Of a stretch of 64,000 nucleotides of DNA, positions 63,501 to 64,000 are shown piece after piece; positions within the stretch are counted from its first letter, which is position 1, and each line of letters opens with the position of its first letter. A model generated the notes under the pieces. The model searched no databases. It saw only the letters and a program-made list of their open reading frames with translations, and was not told the DNA's origin. Origin of the DNA: Lama glama. Its lineage: Eukaryota. Both the position numbers and the translations under genes were made by a program. The DNA lies in contig CM052818.1 in assembly GCA_028534125.1 (NCBI GenBank), positions 15,130,001-15,194,000 of the forward strand. The letters run 5' to 3'.

Positions 63501-64000
63501 TAAAATTTTAGTTAATTGACTATTTCTGTTCCTTGGTTTATAATTAATGAAATAATCAGTTTTGAGGAGTTTCACAGTGGAAATAGGATAGTTAGAAGTA
63601 ATGACTGTTTCTATATATGGATTACCAAAGCATCCTGCTGCAAAGAGGATGATTCAACCAGGCTGCCTCCTTTCTTTCTCCTTTGCCATTTCCCACCTTC
63701 CGAGAAAGGACCTCAGAGTTCAGAATGCTGCTGTCCAAGCCCTAATAGTCTTTCAATAATCAGCATCTCCTTTTTCTCACAAAGATCTAGACTGGTGGGA
63801 AGGTGCAAGAGATTCCAGGTCAGAGAATGTTAGTGTCTTTCGCTGTTCATAATAAACCTCTCCCACCTGGCCTCATTAAACAAAACACAACAACAACCAG
63901 ATAAGCTATTTTTTGTCATCTGTGTGGGCAGGAGAACCTTTTTGTTTGAAAGAGTGTGTTGGCTTGCATTACTGACCTTGCTGGAGAAGCTGGAAGGTTT

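Overview
Mammalian non-coding DNA (intronic or intergenic), most likely from a camelid. Five copies of a tRNA-derived SINE match, from memory, the camelid Vic-1 family, and the L1 3' ends look cetartiodactyl-type. I cannot support any protein-coding exon, RNA gene, CpG island or prokaryotic feature. The ORF track reflects chance ORFs, decayed L1 ORF2 pieces, microsatellites and a 500-N gap (15938-16437). The window is a layered transposon landscape: old MIR/L2/MLT1/hAT elements, old and young L1, and about ten ERV solo LTRs, with several repeat-free, motif-dense islands that may be conserved enhancers. Most noteworthy: (1) a solo LTR with a 23-bp-period inverted-CCAAT array plus octamer and TATA; (2) a short CpG-rich LTR-like insertion nested in an L1; (3) a rearranged L1 insertion (tail plus inverted ORF2 piece) inside a MER5 element; (4) a MER53 hairpin retaining the miR-1302 seed; (5) a triple CACGTG cluster. 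I found no convincing new biological system. Repeat family names are from recalled consensus similarity, not a database search, and boundaries of old repeats are approximate.
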